In this document: piece after piece, positions 24,761-34,594 of the stretch | Layout of the letters: every line of letters starts with the position of its first letter | Position numbering within the stretch: position 1 is the first letter of the stretch | IMG/VR virus record: IMGVR_UViG_3300025133_005514 | Span: 9,075 to 73,074 of that record | Reading direction: 5' to 3' (one strand) | Origin: a virus | Length of the DNA: 64,000 nucleotides | Position numbers and translations under genes: made by a program | The notes under the pieces: model-generated | The model's database searches: none | Told to the model about the DNA's origin: nothing | The model's input: only the letters and a program-made list of their open reading frames with translations

Positions 24761-26712
24761 CCCTGCGAGCAGAAGACCCACGGCTGGCTGAAGCCAAGAG
24801 CAAGTGCATCCGCGAGGTTGCGGCAGCCCTCGGGCTGGACGTGACCCAGAACGGGAAGAAGGCGTACCACCCCGGAGGAAGGGGTCCCGGAGGCCGGTCC
24901 CCGAGCATCACCTTCGGCGTCAAAAACATGACGGAGGTGTGGCACTGCTTCCGCGACGGCAGCGGCGGCGACGTCATCGAACTCGTGAAGCACTTCAAGG
25001 ACTACGACTTCAAAATGGCGGTGGACTGGCTGGCTGGACCGCTTCCCGAGCCCATCAAGGTTCGGACCTACGGAGCGCTTGAGGAAGCGCCGCCCGAGCC
25101 CACGTTCGCCGAACGGACCGCAGCCTGCGCCGCCTTCTACAACGCCCTCCCCAAGCTGGATCACTTCGGCTCGATGTGGCTGCTCACGGAGCGGGGCATC
25201 TCCGCAGACACCGTTGCGAAGTTCGGAATCCGGTACGTGGACGACGACCACACCGACGAGGCCATGGGACAGGCGCTTCGGGCTACCGACTGCAAGGTGG
25301 TCTCAGCCCTGGGCCTGGGGAAGCTGTCGAGCAAGACCGACAAGATGTACGGCAGGTTCCGGGGGTACTGGCTGGTCATCCCCTACTTCGGCATCGACTC
25401 CGGCGGCCCGACAAAGATTGGCCACCTCCAGTTCCGGCGGGTCCACCGCAGCGGGAAGAAGGCTGAGGGATACGAGAAGTGGCGGCACACCAGCGGGACC
25501 GTGCCCTGGCCCTGGAACATCGACGCCGTCTCGACCCTGGCCGAGGGCGACAAGCTCTGGTTCGTTGAGGGCGCCCTGGACGGCATGAGGCTGGAGCAGG
25601 AGGACGTCGCCGCCATCGGCGTCCCCGGGGTCCACTGGTTGACCGATGTGAAGACGCAGAGGCTGGTGGAGATTCTCCCTGACGGAGTTGACGGGGTTGA
25701 GGCGTTCGATTGGGACGACGCCGGCCGCGAAGCTGGCCCCAAGCTGGTGGACAAGATGCAGGAGGCCGGGCTCAGGATGAGCAAGGTCGTGTGGCCCGAC
25801 ACCTGGGAGGGGGACTGGTGCGAGGCGTTCATGTCGCCGGACGAGCCCAAGCCAGAGGTTGTGGACTGCCCACCGAAGCTGCGGGTTATCTCTGGCCCTG
25901 AGCCTGGGGATGACATGTCGGTCAGCCTGGGGGATGTGTTTCTAGGGTCCACCCAGCGGCACATGGCGACCGACCAGCAGACCAAGCCATGGAGGTCTGG
26001 GATCAAGTCGATCGACGCAAGGTTTGCCCCGGAGCGGGGAGACACGGTGGTAATCGCCGGCCGTCCGGCGGCAGGCAAGACGCACACCATGATGTCGCTG
26101 GCCTATGCCAGCGCTGCTGCCGGGTACTCCAAGCCGGGGATTGTCAGCATCGAGATGAGCCGCAGACAGCTGGGCAAGCGAACCATGTGCGCCACCCTCG
26201 GCCTGACCAACACGGACAACATCGGCAGCAGCCAGGCCATGATGGACAAGGTTGCGCTGGCGGCAGCCGAGATGCCGGACGTCAGGGTGTGGTTCTCTGG
26301 CAGGTCACTGGACGACGTGGTTGACGCCCTGACCTCGTTGGCCCGCCGTGGCTGCGACGTGGTGATGGTGGACTACCTCCAGTACATCAAGTCCACCGAG
26401 TCGAACCGGTACGAGTCCCTGGACCTGGTGAGCAAGACCCTGAAGTCCACCTTCAAGCGGCTGAACATTCTCGGCATCGTAGGGGCCCAGTTGAAGCGTG
26501 GGTCTACCGGGGTGGACCGCAGGCCGACCATCGATGACATCAAGGGCTGCGGAAGCATCGAGGAGGACGCCGACCACATCCTCCTCCTGGATGTGCCGGA
26601 CCCGAACAACCCCTCGCTCAAGCGGCTCAACCTGGCCAAGAACAAGAATGGGGAGCCGGCTGAGTTCGCACTCATCACCCCCTACCCCTTCGGATGGATG
26701 GTGGGAGAATGA
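24757..26712 (+). CDS. Primase-helicase fusion (TOPRIM + DnaB-like)
   Basis: TOPRIM 'FVEGALDG..AFDWDDAG'; SF4 helicase 'IAGRPAAGKT', 'SIEM', 'VDYLQ', 'AQLKR', 'GSIEEDAD', 'AKNKNG'. Confidence 0.93.
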   Translation: MTLRAEDPRLAEAKSKCIREVAAALGLDVTQNGKKAYHPGGRGPGGRSPSITFGVKNMTEVWHCFRDGSGGDVIELVKHFKDYDFKMAVDWLAGPLPEPIKVRTYGALEEAPPEPTFAERTAACAAFYNALPKLDHFGSMWLLTERGISADTVAKFGIRYVDDDHTDEAMGQALRATDCKVVSALGLGKLSSKTDKMYGRFRGYWLVIPYFGIDSGGPTKIGHLQFRRVHRSGKKAEGYEKWRHTSGTVPWPWNIDAVSTLAEGDKLWFVEGALDGMRLEQEDVAAIGVPGVHWLTDVKTQRLVEILPDGVDGVEAFDWDDAGREAGPKLVDKMQEAGLRMSKVVWPDTWEGDWCEAFMSPDEPKPEVVDCPPKLRVISGPEPGDDMSVSLGDVFLGSTQRHMATDQQTKPWRSGIKSIDARFAPERGDTVVIAGRPAAGKTHTMMSLAYASAAAGYSKPGIVSIEMSRRQLGKRTMCATLGLTNTDNIGSSQAMMDKVALAAAEMPDVRVWFSGRSLDDVVDALTSLARRGCDVVMVDYLQYIKSTESNRYESLDLVSKTLKSTFKRLNILGIVGAQLKRGSTGVDRRPTIDDIKGCGSIEEDADHILLLDVPDPNNPSLKRLNLAKNKNGEPAEFALITPYPFGWMVGE

Positions 26713-26892
26713 CCATGATGGAAGAATGGGAAGGCGTTGTAGCCACGCTGCCGTGGATTCGGAAGTTCGCGATGGGGATGATGTGCCCGTTGCACGGAGC
26801 CATGCCTGACGAGCGCTGCGCCCCCGACCTGAAGTGCTGCTGGATGCGGGTTGAGTACGCCGAGTTGGTCATCCACGCGGACCTGGTTGGGG

Positions 26893-26922
26893 TTGACGAG
26901 GTGGGTGACTAGACCGTATGGT
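26893..26922 (+). promoter_or_regulatory. Promoter for HTH gene (probably leaderless)
   Basis: TTGACG-18 nt-TATGGT ending 6 nt before the ATG at 26929. No SD sequence. Confidence 0.55.
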
Positions 26923-26928
26923 TAACTT

Positions 26929-27216
26929 ATGGAATTCGGCGAACTGTTCAGAGCAAGACGGAAGCTGGCGGGGTGGACCCTGAGGGACGTGAGTTCGGCC
27001 CTGGGAATCAGTTCGGCCTACGTCTCCATGGTCGAGCGGGGGCTCAAGCTCCCCATGAGCGACGACCTCCTGGTCACCATGGCGAAGACCTGGGGCACAG
27101 ACCCTGGCGAGCTAATCCAGGCAGCCGGCGCAGCCCGTGGGTTCTTCCGGGTTCCGGCTGACGGCGACGACCACAACGAGAAGATGGCCAGAGCCGTCAT
27201 GAGGTGCATTGCATGA
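26929..27216 (+). CDS. XRE-family HTH transcription regulator
   Basis: 'FGELFRARRKLAGWTLRDVSSALGISSAYVSMVERG'. Confidence 0.9.
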   Translation: MEFGELFRARRKLAGWTLRDVSSALGISSAYVSMVERGLKLPMSDDLLVTMAKTWGTDPGELIQAAGAARGFFRVPADGDDHNEKMARAVMRCIA

Positions 27217-27422
27217 TCAAGCCGGTAGCTGGCGAGGTATGGACCGACGGCAAGACGGACAAGGTTCTGATGCACGTCACCCACTTGGAAGGCCCCTCGG
27301 GTGAGTCCTGGCGGGTTGGTTGGGGTGACGGCGCTGTATTCCGCTACTGGCCTCCCGAGGCTGTGAAGGGTAGAAAGCGTGCAGAAGCCTGGCCCCCGAA
27401 GGGCTGGACCAAGCGAGGTTAG
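27213..27422 (+). CDS. Hypothetical protein
   Basis: ATGA coupling, Trp-rich. Confidence 0.5.
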   Translation: MIKPVAGEVWTDGKTDKVLMHVTHLEGPSGESWRVGWGDGAVFRYWPPEAVKGRKRAEAWPPKGWTKRG

Positions 27423-27424
27423 CG

Positions 27425-27739
27425 ATGTTCGACCCGACCGAGATGACCGTGAAAGAAGCCATCCCAGCCCTTGAGGGGTTGAGCCAGGAGGACCTCCTCG
27501 GCGTTCGGATGGCAGAGATGGCCGGCAAGGACCGGGTCTCCCTGATTCGGGAGATTGACGAGCACCTTGAGGCGCTGATCGATGACCTCGTTGAGATCGT
27601 GGCCGAGGACCTCATCGACCCCGAGCCAGTCAAGGTGGTCGAGGTTGTGCCCACCATCTCGGTCAAGGACTGGTTCCGGCTGCCCAAGAGCCACCGGAAG
27701 ATGTGGATTCGGGACGGCCGGACCTTCCGCAAGCGGTAG
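27425..27739 (+). CDS. Small helical protein
   Basis: 'MTVKEAIPALEGLSQEDLLGVRMAEMAGKDRVSLI' resembles a common short phage helical motif. GAGG RBS. Confidence 0.6.
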   Translation: MFDPTEMTVKEAIPALEGLSQEDLLGVRMAEMAGKDRVSLIREIDEHLEALIDDLVEIVAEDLIDPEPVKVVEVVPTISVKDWFRLPKSHRKMWIRDGRTFRKR

Positions 27740-28654
27740 GTGACCACGGTTGTCGATCTCTTCGCTGGCGTCGGCGGGTTCACCCACGGGGCTAAAGAAG
27801 CGGGGGCGACCTGCCTGACGGCTGTAGAGCTTGCTCCAGCAGCAGCCGAGTACCACCACCTGAACCACCCCGAGGTGGACGCTGTGGAGGCAGACCTCTC
27901 CTCCTTCAGGGTGGACCGCCTGCCGGCTCACGACATCCTTCTGGCATCACCGCCTTGCACCGGCTTCACCCCGGCACGTGGGGCAGACAAGGCGGGGCAC
28001 CAAGCCGCCAGGAAGCTATCCTGGGCCTGCGTGAAGGCCCTGAAGGCCCACCGCCCACCAGCAGCGATTGTCGAGAACGTCCCAGAGTTCCTCCGCTGGT
28101 CAGAGTTCCCAGCGTGGGAGACCGCCTGCGTCAGGCTTGGGTACTCAGTCTCGGGACACCTGGTGGACTCCGCCAGGTTTGGCGTTCCCCAGAACAGGGT
28201 TAGGGCCATCCTGGTTCTCACGCGGACCAAGGCCAGGCTGAGGCTCAAGGAGCCGGACCTCGCAAGAGTGTCAGCCGACCAGGCACTGAACTGGCACAAG
28301 GGGAGGTGGATCAGCTGGAAGTCGAAGCCGCTGAACCAGAGGGTTATGGACCAGATAGACTACGGACGTAGTCGCGGGTGGTTCAGGTTCCTCGCCCCCT
28401 ACTACGGCTCTGGCTCCGGCCGTAGGGCTAGGTCCCCGAGCCTTCCGGTTGGGACCATCACCTCGTTCGACGGGTGGCGTCTGGTGTACGGGGAGCACTC
28501 CCGGATGATGACCCGGTCTGAGTACATCCTGGTTGCAGGGTTTCCTGAGAGCTACGTTTTACCGAACCGGAAGAACGATGTCGTTACGATGGTGGGTAAG
28601 GCCATTACCCCAGCGGTTGCGAAGTGGGCTTGTGAGGGGGTGATGAGTGCGTAG
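27740..28654 (+). CDS. C5 cytosine DNA methyltransferase
   Basis: 'DLFAGVGG', 'ASPPCTGF', 'VENVPEF', 'GVPQNRVR'. Confidence 0.95.
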   Translation: MTTVVDLFAGVGGFTHGAKEAGATCLTAVELAPAAAEYHHLNHPEVDAVEADLSSFRVDRLPAHDILLASPPCTGFTPARGADKAGHQAARKLSWACVKALKAHRPPAAIVENVPEFLRWSEFPAWETACVRLGYSVSGHLVDSARFGVPQNRVRAILVLTRTKARLRLKEPDLARVSADQALNWHKGRWISWKSKPLNQRVMDQIDYGRSRGWFRFLAPYYGSGSGRRARSPSLPVGTITSFDGWRLVYGEHSRMMTRSEYILVAGFPESYVLPNRKNDVVTMVGKAITPAVAKWACEGVMSA

Positions 28655-29267
28655 CAGCAGACGAGTCGGCGGAGCAAGAACCTGGGCCACAGCCGCCCAG
28701 GCTGAAGACCATCAGCGCGAAGCTCTCAAGCAGAAGCGCGGTGGCTCACACGGCCGGACACAGAGCGTTGTCCCAGAATTCAGAGATGAGAACGATCGCT
28801 ACCTTTGGGAGCTAGCTCGCTGGAGGGCCGGCTCCTTTATCCGTGTCGGCTTCTGTAGCGCCTCAGGATGGATGGGGTCTGACGAGCGAGTCTATGTTGG
28901 GCACCCGGTTCACCCCGGGGCCCCCGTGTTTGAGGACCCCGACTGCTTCAAGGCGTTCAAGGCAGCGAATGCTGCCGGGTACATCGGCTGCACCCAGGTG
29001 GCCAACGCTGCCCCCTTCCGCATCACGAAGTACGAGGTCCGCAAGGTCATCCAGTCGAACCTGGACAAGTTGAACGTCGGGTTCGTCCGCTACCCGCACA
29101 AGATGAACAGGTCCAAAGTGTGGGTCTGCACCTTCCTGCATGAGGATGAGGTGGCGGACTTCCTGGCTTCGTTCAGGGAGTACGCGGCTGCGTCCATCAA
29201 GAAGATGAGCGCCGGGTTGGTGCCGTTCAAGCAGGACCTGATGAGGAACTTCCGGGAGATCAAATGA
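28647..29267 (+). CDS. Hypothetical protein upstream of TerL
   Basis: 206-aa ORF coupled to both neighbours. Occupies the TerS position but has no recognisable TerS motif. Confidence 0.55.
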   Translation: MRSSRRVGGARTWATAAQAEDHQREALKQKRGGSHGRTQSVVPEFRDENDRYLWELARWRAGSFIRVGFCSASGWMGSDERVYVGHPVHPGAPVFEDPDCFKAFKAANAAGYIGCTQVANAAPFRITKYEVRKVIQSNLDKLNVGFVRYPHKMNRSKVWVCTFLHEDEVADFLASFREYAAASIKKMSAGLVPFKQDLMRNFREIK

Positions 29268-31192
29268 GCATCAAGAAGGGCGAGAAGGAAGACCCAGCAG
29301 CGGACATCCTCACTTCGGGCGACTACGACAACTTCACCCAGTTCGCTGAGGAGTACCTCAAGATTCAGACGAAGGCCGGCAAGCTCAAGCCGTTCAAGCT
29401 GAACCGGAGTCAGGTCATCCGGGAGACCCTCATCACTGAGATGGAGGAGGCCGGGCTGCCGGTGCGAGTGTGGGAAGCGAAGGCCCGCCAGCTGGGCTGC
29501 TCCACCCACGTCCAGGGCCGGATGTTCTGGAAGACCATCACCAACTACGACGAGGGTGCAATCGTTGCTGCCCACGCAGACCCGGCGGTACGGCAGGTCT
29601 TCACGAAGTCGAAGGTGTTCTACGACTTCCTGCCGGACCACATGAAGCCGATGACTCGGTACAACAACCTGTACGAGCTGGACTTCCGGGCCTCCAAAGG
29701 TAGCGGCGGTCTGCGGTCCAGGTTCGCTGTTACGACGGCGCGAGCGGTTGACGACATGCGCGGGTTCACGGCGCGTCAGGTTCACGCCTCAGAGGTAGCG
29801 TTCTTCAACGACCCCGAGTCCTTCTTCTTGGCGCTGCTTCAGGCGGTACCGGACGAGCCGGGCACCATGATCTACAGCGAGTCCACCTGTAGGGGCTCGG
29901 GTGACTTCCACCACAGCACCTACATCAACGCCAACGTGTGGTGGGACGAGATTCCGCCCTGGATGCCGCTGAAGCGGGCCTACCCCGGCCACCCAGACAG
30001 CACCTGGTACGCGCTGTTCACGCCCTGGTTCCTGATGGAGGAGTACACCAGGGACCTCCCGATGCCGGAAGCCGAGTACAGGCTGACGCTGGATCACGAT
30101 GAGGTTGAGCTTCTGGAGCGGTTTGAGAGCTACGTCTCTCTGGAGAATCTCCAGTGGCGCAGAGAGACGCTCATCAGCAAGTGCGGCGGTTCGCTCGACC
30201 GGTTCCGTCAGGAGTACCCCAGCACGGACAAGGAGGCGTACTCCGCCACCGGCAGTCCGGCGTTTGATGGTAGGCACGTGGAGGCCGTTCAGGACCGTCA
30301 CGGCTGCTGGTGCAGGGTCTGCAAGCCCCGGGGTCGGGTGGACCCTGGGACCACCGACTGCCCCGAGCATGAGTGGTACGACATCGTTGACGCGGCGGAC
30401 ACCGAGCGAGGCAGACACCGGCTGTTTACCAGCTTCAAGCCCGAGCTAATCGACGCCATGCCGGGCCAGGGGTCTATGTCGGTTTGGAGGCACCCGGAGA
30501 GCAGCAAGCGCTACGTCATCGGGGCCGACATCAGCAACGGGTCGCACGGCGGTGACTGGGACGTGGCCTCGGTGTTTGAACTGTCGAACATGGAGCAGGT
30601 AGCTGAGTGGCGCGGCAAGGCCGACCTGGATATCTACGCCGAGATTCTGCTGATGCTGGCCCTGCGCTACAACAACGCCCAGCTGGCCCCCGAAATCAAC
30701 AACATGGGCGGCGGCATCGTCGCGATGCTTCGGCAGACCCAGTACTGGAACTTCTACCGGAGGCGGATCACCGACTCGCTGCGCGGGCCGACGTCACAGC
30801 TTGGCTGGAGCACGAACAAGCGGACCAAGCCCGAGATGGTGGGCTTGATGCAGAAGGCCCTGAAGGATGGGTACATCAAGATCCGGTCCCAGATGGCCCT
30901 GACAGAGATGCGGGCCTACCGGATGAACATCAGCAGAGATGCGTCCGGTGGCGACACACGGGTGGACATGTCTGCCCCTCCAGGCAAGCACGACGATGCC
31001 CTCATCGCCACGATGATCAGCAACGCGGTAGCCCACCACACCCCAGGGCACGGAGCAGCGCTGCCGAAGGCTGATCGGCCTCAGGCTTCGTCGGACCACA
31101 ACCAGTGGACTGCGGACATGTGGGACAAGTACGAGAAGGCGCCGCAGTCCATGGCGGTCCGCCGGCTCAAGCGAGCTATGCGGAAACTGTGA
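29264..31192 (+). CDS. terL: Terminase large subunit
   Basis: 'PFKLNRSQ', 'KARQLGCST', 'HASEVAF', 'SESTCRG', 'FRQEYPS', nuclease 'YVIGADISNG', 'KHDDALIA'. Confidence 0.95.
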   Translation: MSIKKGEKEDPAADILTSGDYDNFTQFAEEYLKIQTKAGKLKPFKLNRSQVIRETLITEMEEAGLPVRVWEAKARQLGCSTHVQGRMFWKTITNYDEGAIVAAHADPAVRQVFTKSKVFYDFLPDHMKPMTRYNNLYELDFRASKGSGGLRSRFAVTTARAVDDMRGFTARQVHASEVAFFNDPESFFLALLQAVPDEPGTMIYSESTCRGSGDFHHSTYINANVWWDEIPPWMPLKRAYPGHPDSTWYALFTPWFLMEEYTRDLPMPEAEYRLTLDHDEVELLERFESYVSLENLQWRRETLISKCGGSLDRFRQEYPSTDKEAYSATGSPAFDGRHVEAVQDRHGCWCRVCKPRGRVDPGTTDCPEHEWYDIVDAADTERGRHRLFTSFKPELIDAMPGQGSMSVWRHPESSKRYVIGADISNGSHGGDWDVASVFELSNMEQVAEWRGKADLDIYAEILLMLALRYNNAQLAPEINNMGGGIVAMLRQTQYWNFYRRRITDSLRGPTSQLGWSTNKRTKPEMVGLMQKALKDGYIKIRSQMALTEMRAYRMNISRDASGGDTRVDMSAPPGKHDDALIATMISNAVAHHTPGHGAALPKADRPQASSDHNQWTADMWDKYEKAPQSMAVRRLKRAMRKL

Positions 31193-31769
31193 CGACCCGG
31201 TATTCCCGGGGCTGGCCGGTAGCCTCCAGGGCTCCGCTGCGGGACAGGTAGGAGATGGCTCCCCTGGCTTGGCCGCCGGTCAACTTCGTGCTGGCAACCA
31301 CATCTCGGTAGCTGACGATGCCGTCGTTCTCCTTCACAGCCCACCTCAGCACGGTCTCGGAGGGTTTTTCGAAGAGGCCGGTGCGCTTGTCAACGTGGAT
31401 GATCTCCCCGTCGGCGTCCACCTTGATGACCTTGCCGACCTTGCCCTTGCGGGGGGAGGGGTCGTCGCCGTCGTCGTGGACGTGGGTCCCAACATGGGCT
31501 GTCTGCCGGTCGCGCTCCTCCTTGCCGTAGAACTTCTTGCCCTTTAGCCCGGGGGTAGCGGTACGGCCCCACCATCCACGGGGGGTGATGTCCTTGGGGG
31601 CCCCATCAGCCGGCCACCATCTCTTGCTGGTAGCAACCTGGCCGCAGGTTCCGCACTGCGTGTCCCTGAAGCCGTCCTTCTTGGACTGCATGTACAGGTA
31701 GGCAGAGGTGTTGAGTTCCCACGCTGCGCCGCAGGAGGAGAAGGAGCAGATCATCGGGTAGATGGGCAT
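31176..31769 (-). CDS. FmdB-like zinc-ribbon protein with C-terminal winged helix
   Basis: 'MPIYPMIC..SCG...QCGTCG'. C-terminal 'VSYRDVVASTKLTGGQARGAISYLSRSG'. TGATG coupling to portal. Confidence 0.75.
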   Translation of the reverse strand: MPIYPMICSFSSCGAAWELNTSAYLYMQSKKDGFRDTQCGTCGQVATSKRWWPADGAPKDITPRGWWGRTATPGLKGKKFYGKEERDRQTAHVGTHVHDDGDDPSPRKGKVGKVIKVDADGEIIHVDKRTGLFEKPSETVLRWAVKENDGIVSYRDVVASTKLTGGQARGAISYLSRSGALEATGQPREYRVVTVSA

Positions 31770-33706
31770 CAGAAGTTTCCTCCGAAGGGTCCGCCACCGC
31801 CGCCGGCACCGGAGATTGGAACAGCCTGACCAGCCCCCGGACGGGGTCCTCCACCAGCCAACTCAGCCTCGCTCGGGGCCGGGAGACCCGGTCCACCACC
31901 ACCTGAAGCACCAGCGGTGCCGGCGTTAACCAGCTGACCCAGCGGCGACATGAGCCCGCTGTTGGCCTGCCAGAGCGAGAAAGCCTTCTCCAGGTAAGAG
32001 CGCACCGTCTGGTCGTCAACCATGCCCAGTTGCGCCAACTGACCGAAGGTCTCCAGGGTCTTGTCGATGGTGGAGAGCAAGCCGATGTAAGCCTGGGCCT
32101 CCTCAGCCGGGTCCTTGCCGATGGCGCTGCCGGCCTCGATGTTGACGTCGTAGGAGGAGCCAACCTTGGACGAGTCGAAGGTCTCAAAGCCCTCCTGCCC
32201 AGACTCCCCGATGACCCGCATGTGCCGAGGCTCATCCCAGTACTGGGCAACCACGGACAGGAGCACGCGGGAGATGTCCTCCATAAACTGCTCAACAGCA
32301 GCGAGCCGAACGCCGGCACGGCTGTTGGAGCCCTGAGCAGCAACGGACACCTCGGTAGCCGTGGTGCCCTTCCGGCCCACGCCGCCCCGCTGGTAGACGT
32401 CTACGCCCGACAGTTCGTACATCATGCGCTGAAGGCCCTGAAGGACCGTCATGGTGGTGCTGGGCGGCGGAGCCTCAGGCAGGAGCATGACCACCTTGCG
32501 GATGTCGTCCGTGGCCACCGGAAGCTCGGCAACCTCCAGGTCGATGCCGCTCTCCAGTAGCGCAGTCAGCTGCCCGCCTTCCAGGGCTCCCTGGAGGGCG
32601 ACGAACTTGCGCTTGCTGGACCTCTCGTGGTGGTTGAGCAGGTAGTTCCACTCCGTGTTCAGGCGGCTGCTCGGCTCCTGGATGATGGCCAGGTCGGCTG
32701 CGGTGGTGGTGTACAGCTTCCCGGGGATGCGAACGAAGGACAGGGTTCGGTAGGGGTAGCCGCTGATGTCCATCGGGTCGTTGATGTGTCGGAGCACGCA
32801 GTCCTTCGGGGACAGCCCATCCCGGGGCTTCACAATCCAGAGGATGCGGCGCTGCATCGTGTCCTTGACACGGGCCCAGTAGCGAATCTCGTAGACCATG
32901 ACGTGGTCGGCCGCTGTGTCGGGCTGACTGTGTCGGTTGTGAGGGTCGTTCCCGGCCAGGGAGGTGGGGATGGAGTCCATCACCCAGGAGTCGGCCTCCA
33001 AAGCCTTGGGCACCTTGAACCGTCCGTCGTTCCGAAGGTCGTCAAGCATGAAGGGGATGCGCTCGGCGACCCAGGGGGCCTTGCGGAGCTTGTCGTAGCC
33101 CAGAGGGACCAGCAGGTTCCAGGGGGCGATGCGGTTGAAGACCGGCATGTCGTCCTCGGAGTCCGAGGCGATGGGAATGTCCACCTCTGCCATCATCCGA
33201 AGCAGGGTTCGCCGCTGCTGGTCGTCCAGCTGGGTCTCTTCAGTCCCCTGAGTCGGACCGCGTTCGTACTCATCAGCCATCAGGAAGGCGTCACTGTCGT
33301 CGTAGCTGACCTTGCCCACACCTAGGTTGAACAGAAGGGCGTCCAAAGCGGCCTCCTGTGTGGTCTCCAGAGCCCGAATCTCCCGCCACACGTAGTTCAC
33401 GGTGGCCTCTGCCACCTTGGCGGTCTCCTCGTCACCCGGTCGGCGAGGCTTTGCCCGGATGTACGGGTTGGTTGAGACGATTGAGGGCAGGAGGGAGTTG
33501 GCCGTAGCCAGCAGGAAGTTGAAGTTGACCCCGCTCTCCGGCGTCACCAGCGAGTTGCGGTCGTGCTCCTTGAGACCCTCGTAGTCGGACAAGATGTCCC
33601 GCCAACGGGGGAGAATCTCCTCGTCAAGGAAGTCTTCGACAGCGCTAATCTTCTCGGCCCAAGCCGAGACTTCGCTTTCCGCAATGGGCATCTTTCTCTG
33701 TGTCAT
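31769..33706 (-). CDS. Portal protein (phage A), encoded on the opposite strand
   Basis: 645 aa. 'NPYIRAKPRRPGDEETAKVAEATVNYVW', 'DALLFNLGVGKV', 'TATEV'. P22/podoviral type. AGGAG RBS. Confidence 0.9.
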   Translation of the reverse strand: MTQRKMPIAESEVSAWAEKISAVEDFLDEEILPRWRDILSDYEGLKEHDRNSLVTPESGVNFNFLLATANSLLPSIVSTNPYIRAKPRRPGDEETAKVAEATVNYVWREIRALETTQEAALDALLFNLGVGKVSYDDSDAFLMADEYERGPTQGTEETQLDDQQRRTLLRMMAEVDIPIASDSEDDMPVFNRIAPWNLLVPLGYDKLRKAPWVAERIPFMLDDLRNDGRFKVPKALEADSWVMDSIPTSLAGNDPHNRHSQPDTAADHVMVYEIRYWARVKDTMQRRILWIVKPRDGLSPKDCVLRHINDPMDISGYPYRTLSFVRIPGKLYTTTAADLAIIQEPSSRLNTEWNYLLNHHERSSKRKFVALQGALEGGQLTALLESGIDLEVAELPVATDDIRKVVMLLPEAPPPSTTMTVLQGLQRMMYELSGVDVYQRGGVGRKGTTATEVSVAAQGSNSRAGVRLAAVEQFMEDISRVLLSVVAQYWDEPRHMRVIGESGQEGFETFDSSKVGSSYDVNIEAGSAIGKDPAEEAQAYIGLLSTIDKTLETFGQLAQLGMVDDQTVRSYLEKAFSLWQANSGLMSPLGQLVNAGTAGASGGGGPGLPAPSEAELAGGGPRPGAGQAVPISGAGGGGGPFGGNF

Positions 33707-33719
33707 CTACGACTCCTGC

Positions 33720-33769
33720 TTGACAACGGGTGTGTGTTTTACCCTAACTAGGATTAGTCGCTGTGCGAA
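33720..33769. promoter_or_regulatory. Divergent promoter region between portal and scaffold
   Basis: Minus strand TTCGCA-17 nt-TAGGGT (33769-33741). Plus strand TTGACA (33720) and TAGGAT (33749). Confidence 0.5.
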
Positions 33770-33799
33770 TGGGTCGTCAGCGACAAAGGGAGATCGGAA

Positions 33800-34582
33800 A
33801 TGACCGAGGCGGTTACCGACAACTTCGACGAGGCCCTTGGCAACGAGGACAACCCCGACGAGGCCGGCACTGACATCACGGACGAGACACCTGACGACAC
33901 GGAAGGAGAACCGGATTATTCCGATCCGGTAGCTTGGCTAGACACCCAGGACAACGTCCCGGATGAGGTCAAGCAAGCGGTCAAGAATGGGTTCCTGCGG
34001 CGAAGCGATTACTCGCAGAAGACGCAGGCGCTAGCGAAGAAGCGTGACCTTGTTGACGAAATCCTGCTTCAGCGGGAAGCCGGCAAGGACAAGCCTCAGC
34101 CCCAGGTTGAGGAGAAGCCCCCGCCTTCATTGAAGGAGGGAGCCACGCCCGAAGAGGTGATTGACCATTACGTGCAGCAGGCCGTCCAGGCCAAGCTTGA
34201 AGCCCTCGGTATCAACAATACCGTCGAGCAGATGAAGCCCCTGGTAGACAAGCAGCGCGTTGTGGACGCTTACCGCGACTACGCAAGCGAGAACCCCGAC
34301 CAGGACCACGCCACCCTTTCCGCAGCCGTCGGGCAAGTTCTCGACACCGATCCCGAGCTTGAACAGCTAGCCATTACGAACCCGCGAGCAGCGGTTCGTG
34401 CAGCAGCGCGCATCGCTTCTGCCGAACTCCGGGTCGCGAAGAGTAGGGCCAGCAAGAAGCGAAAGAGGGCTACAGCACCAGCTTCAGCCAGAGCTTCTAC
34501 GTCTCGGGTAGCTACGGGGGGCAAGCGATTGACCCCCCTGGAAGCCGCGACGCAGGCTCTGAAGGAGCAGGGAGCCCTCTAG
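33800..34582 (+). CDS. Capsid scaffolding protein (phage A)
   Basis: Acidic N-terminus, 'SDYSQKTQALA' scaffold motif, directly upstream of MCP. Confidence 0.85.
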   Translation: MTEAVTDNFDEALGNEDNPDEAGTDITDETPDDTEGEPDYSDPVAWLDTQDNVPDEVKQAVKNGFLRRSDYSQKTQALAKKRDLVDEILLQREAGKDKPQPQVEEKPPPSLKEGATPEEVIDHYVQQAVQAKLEALGINNTVEQMKPLVDKQRVVDAYRDYASENPDQDHATLSAAVGQVLDTDPELEQLAITNPRAAVRAAARIASAELRVAKSRASKKRKRATAPASARASTSRVATGGKRLTPLEAATQALKEQGAL

Positions 34583-34594
34583 GGAGTCTGAAAA

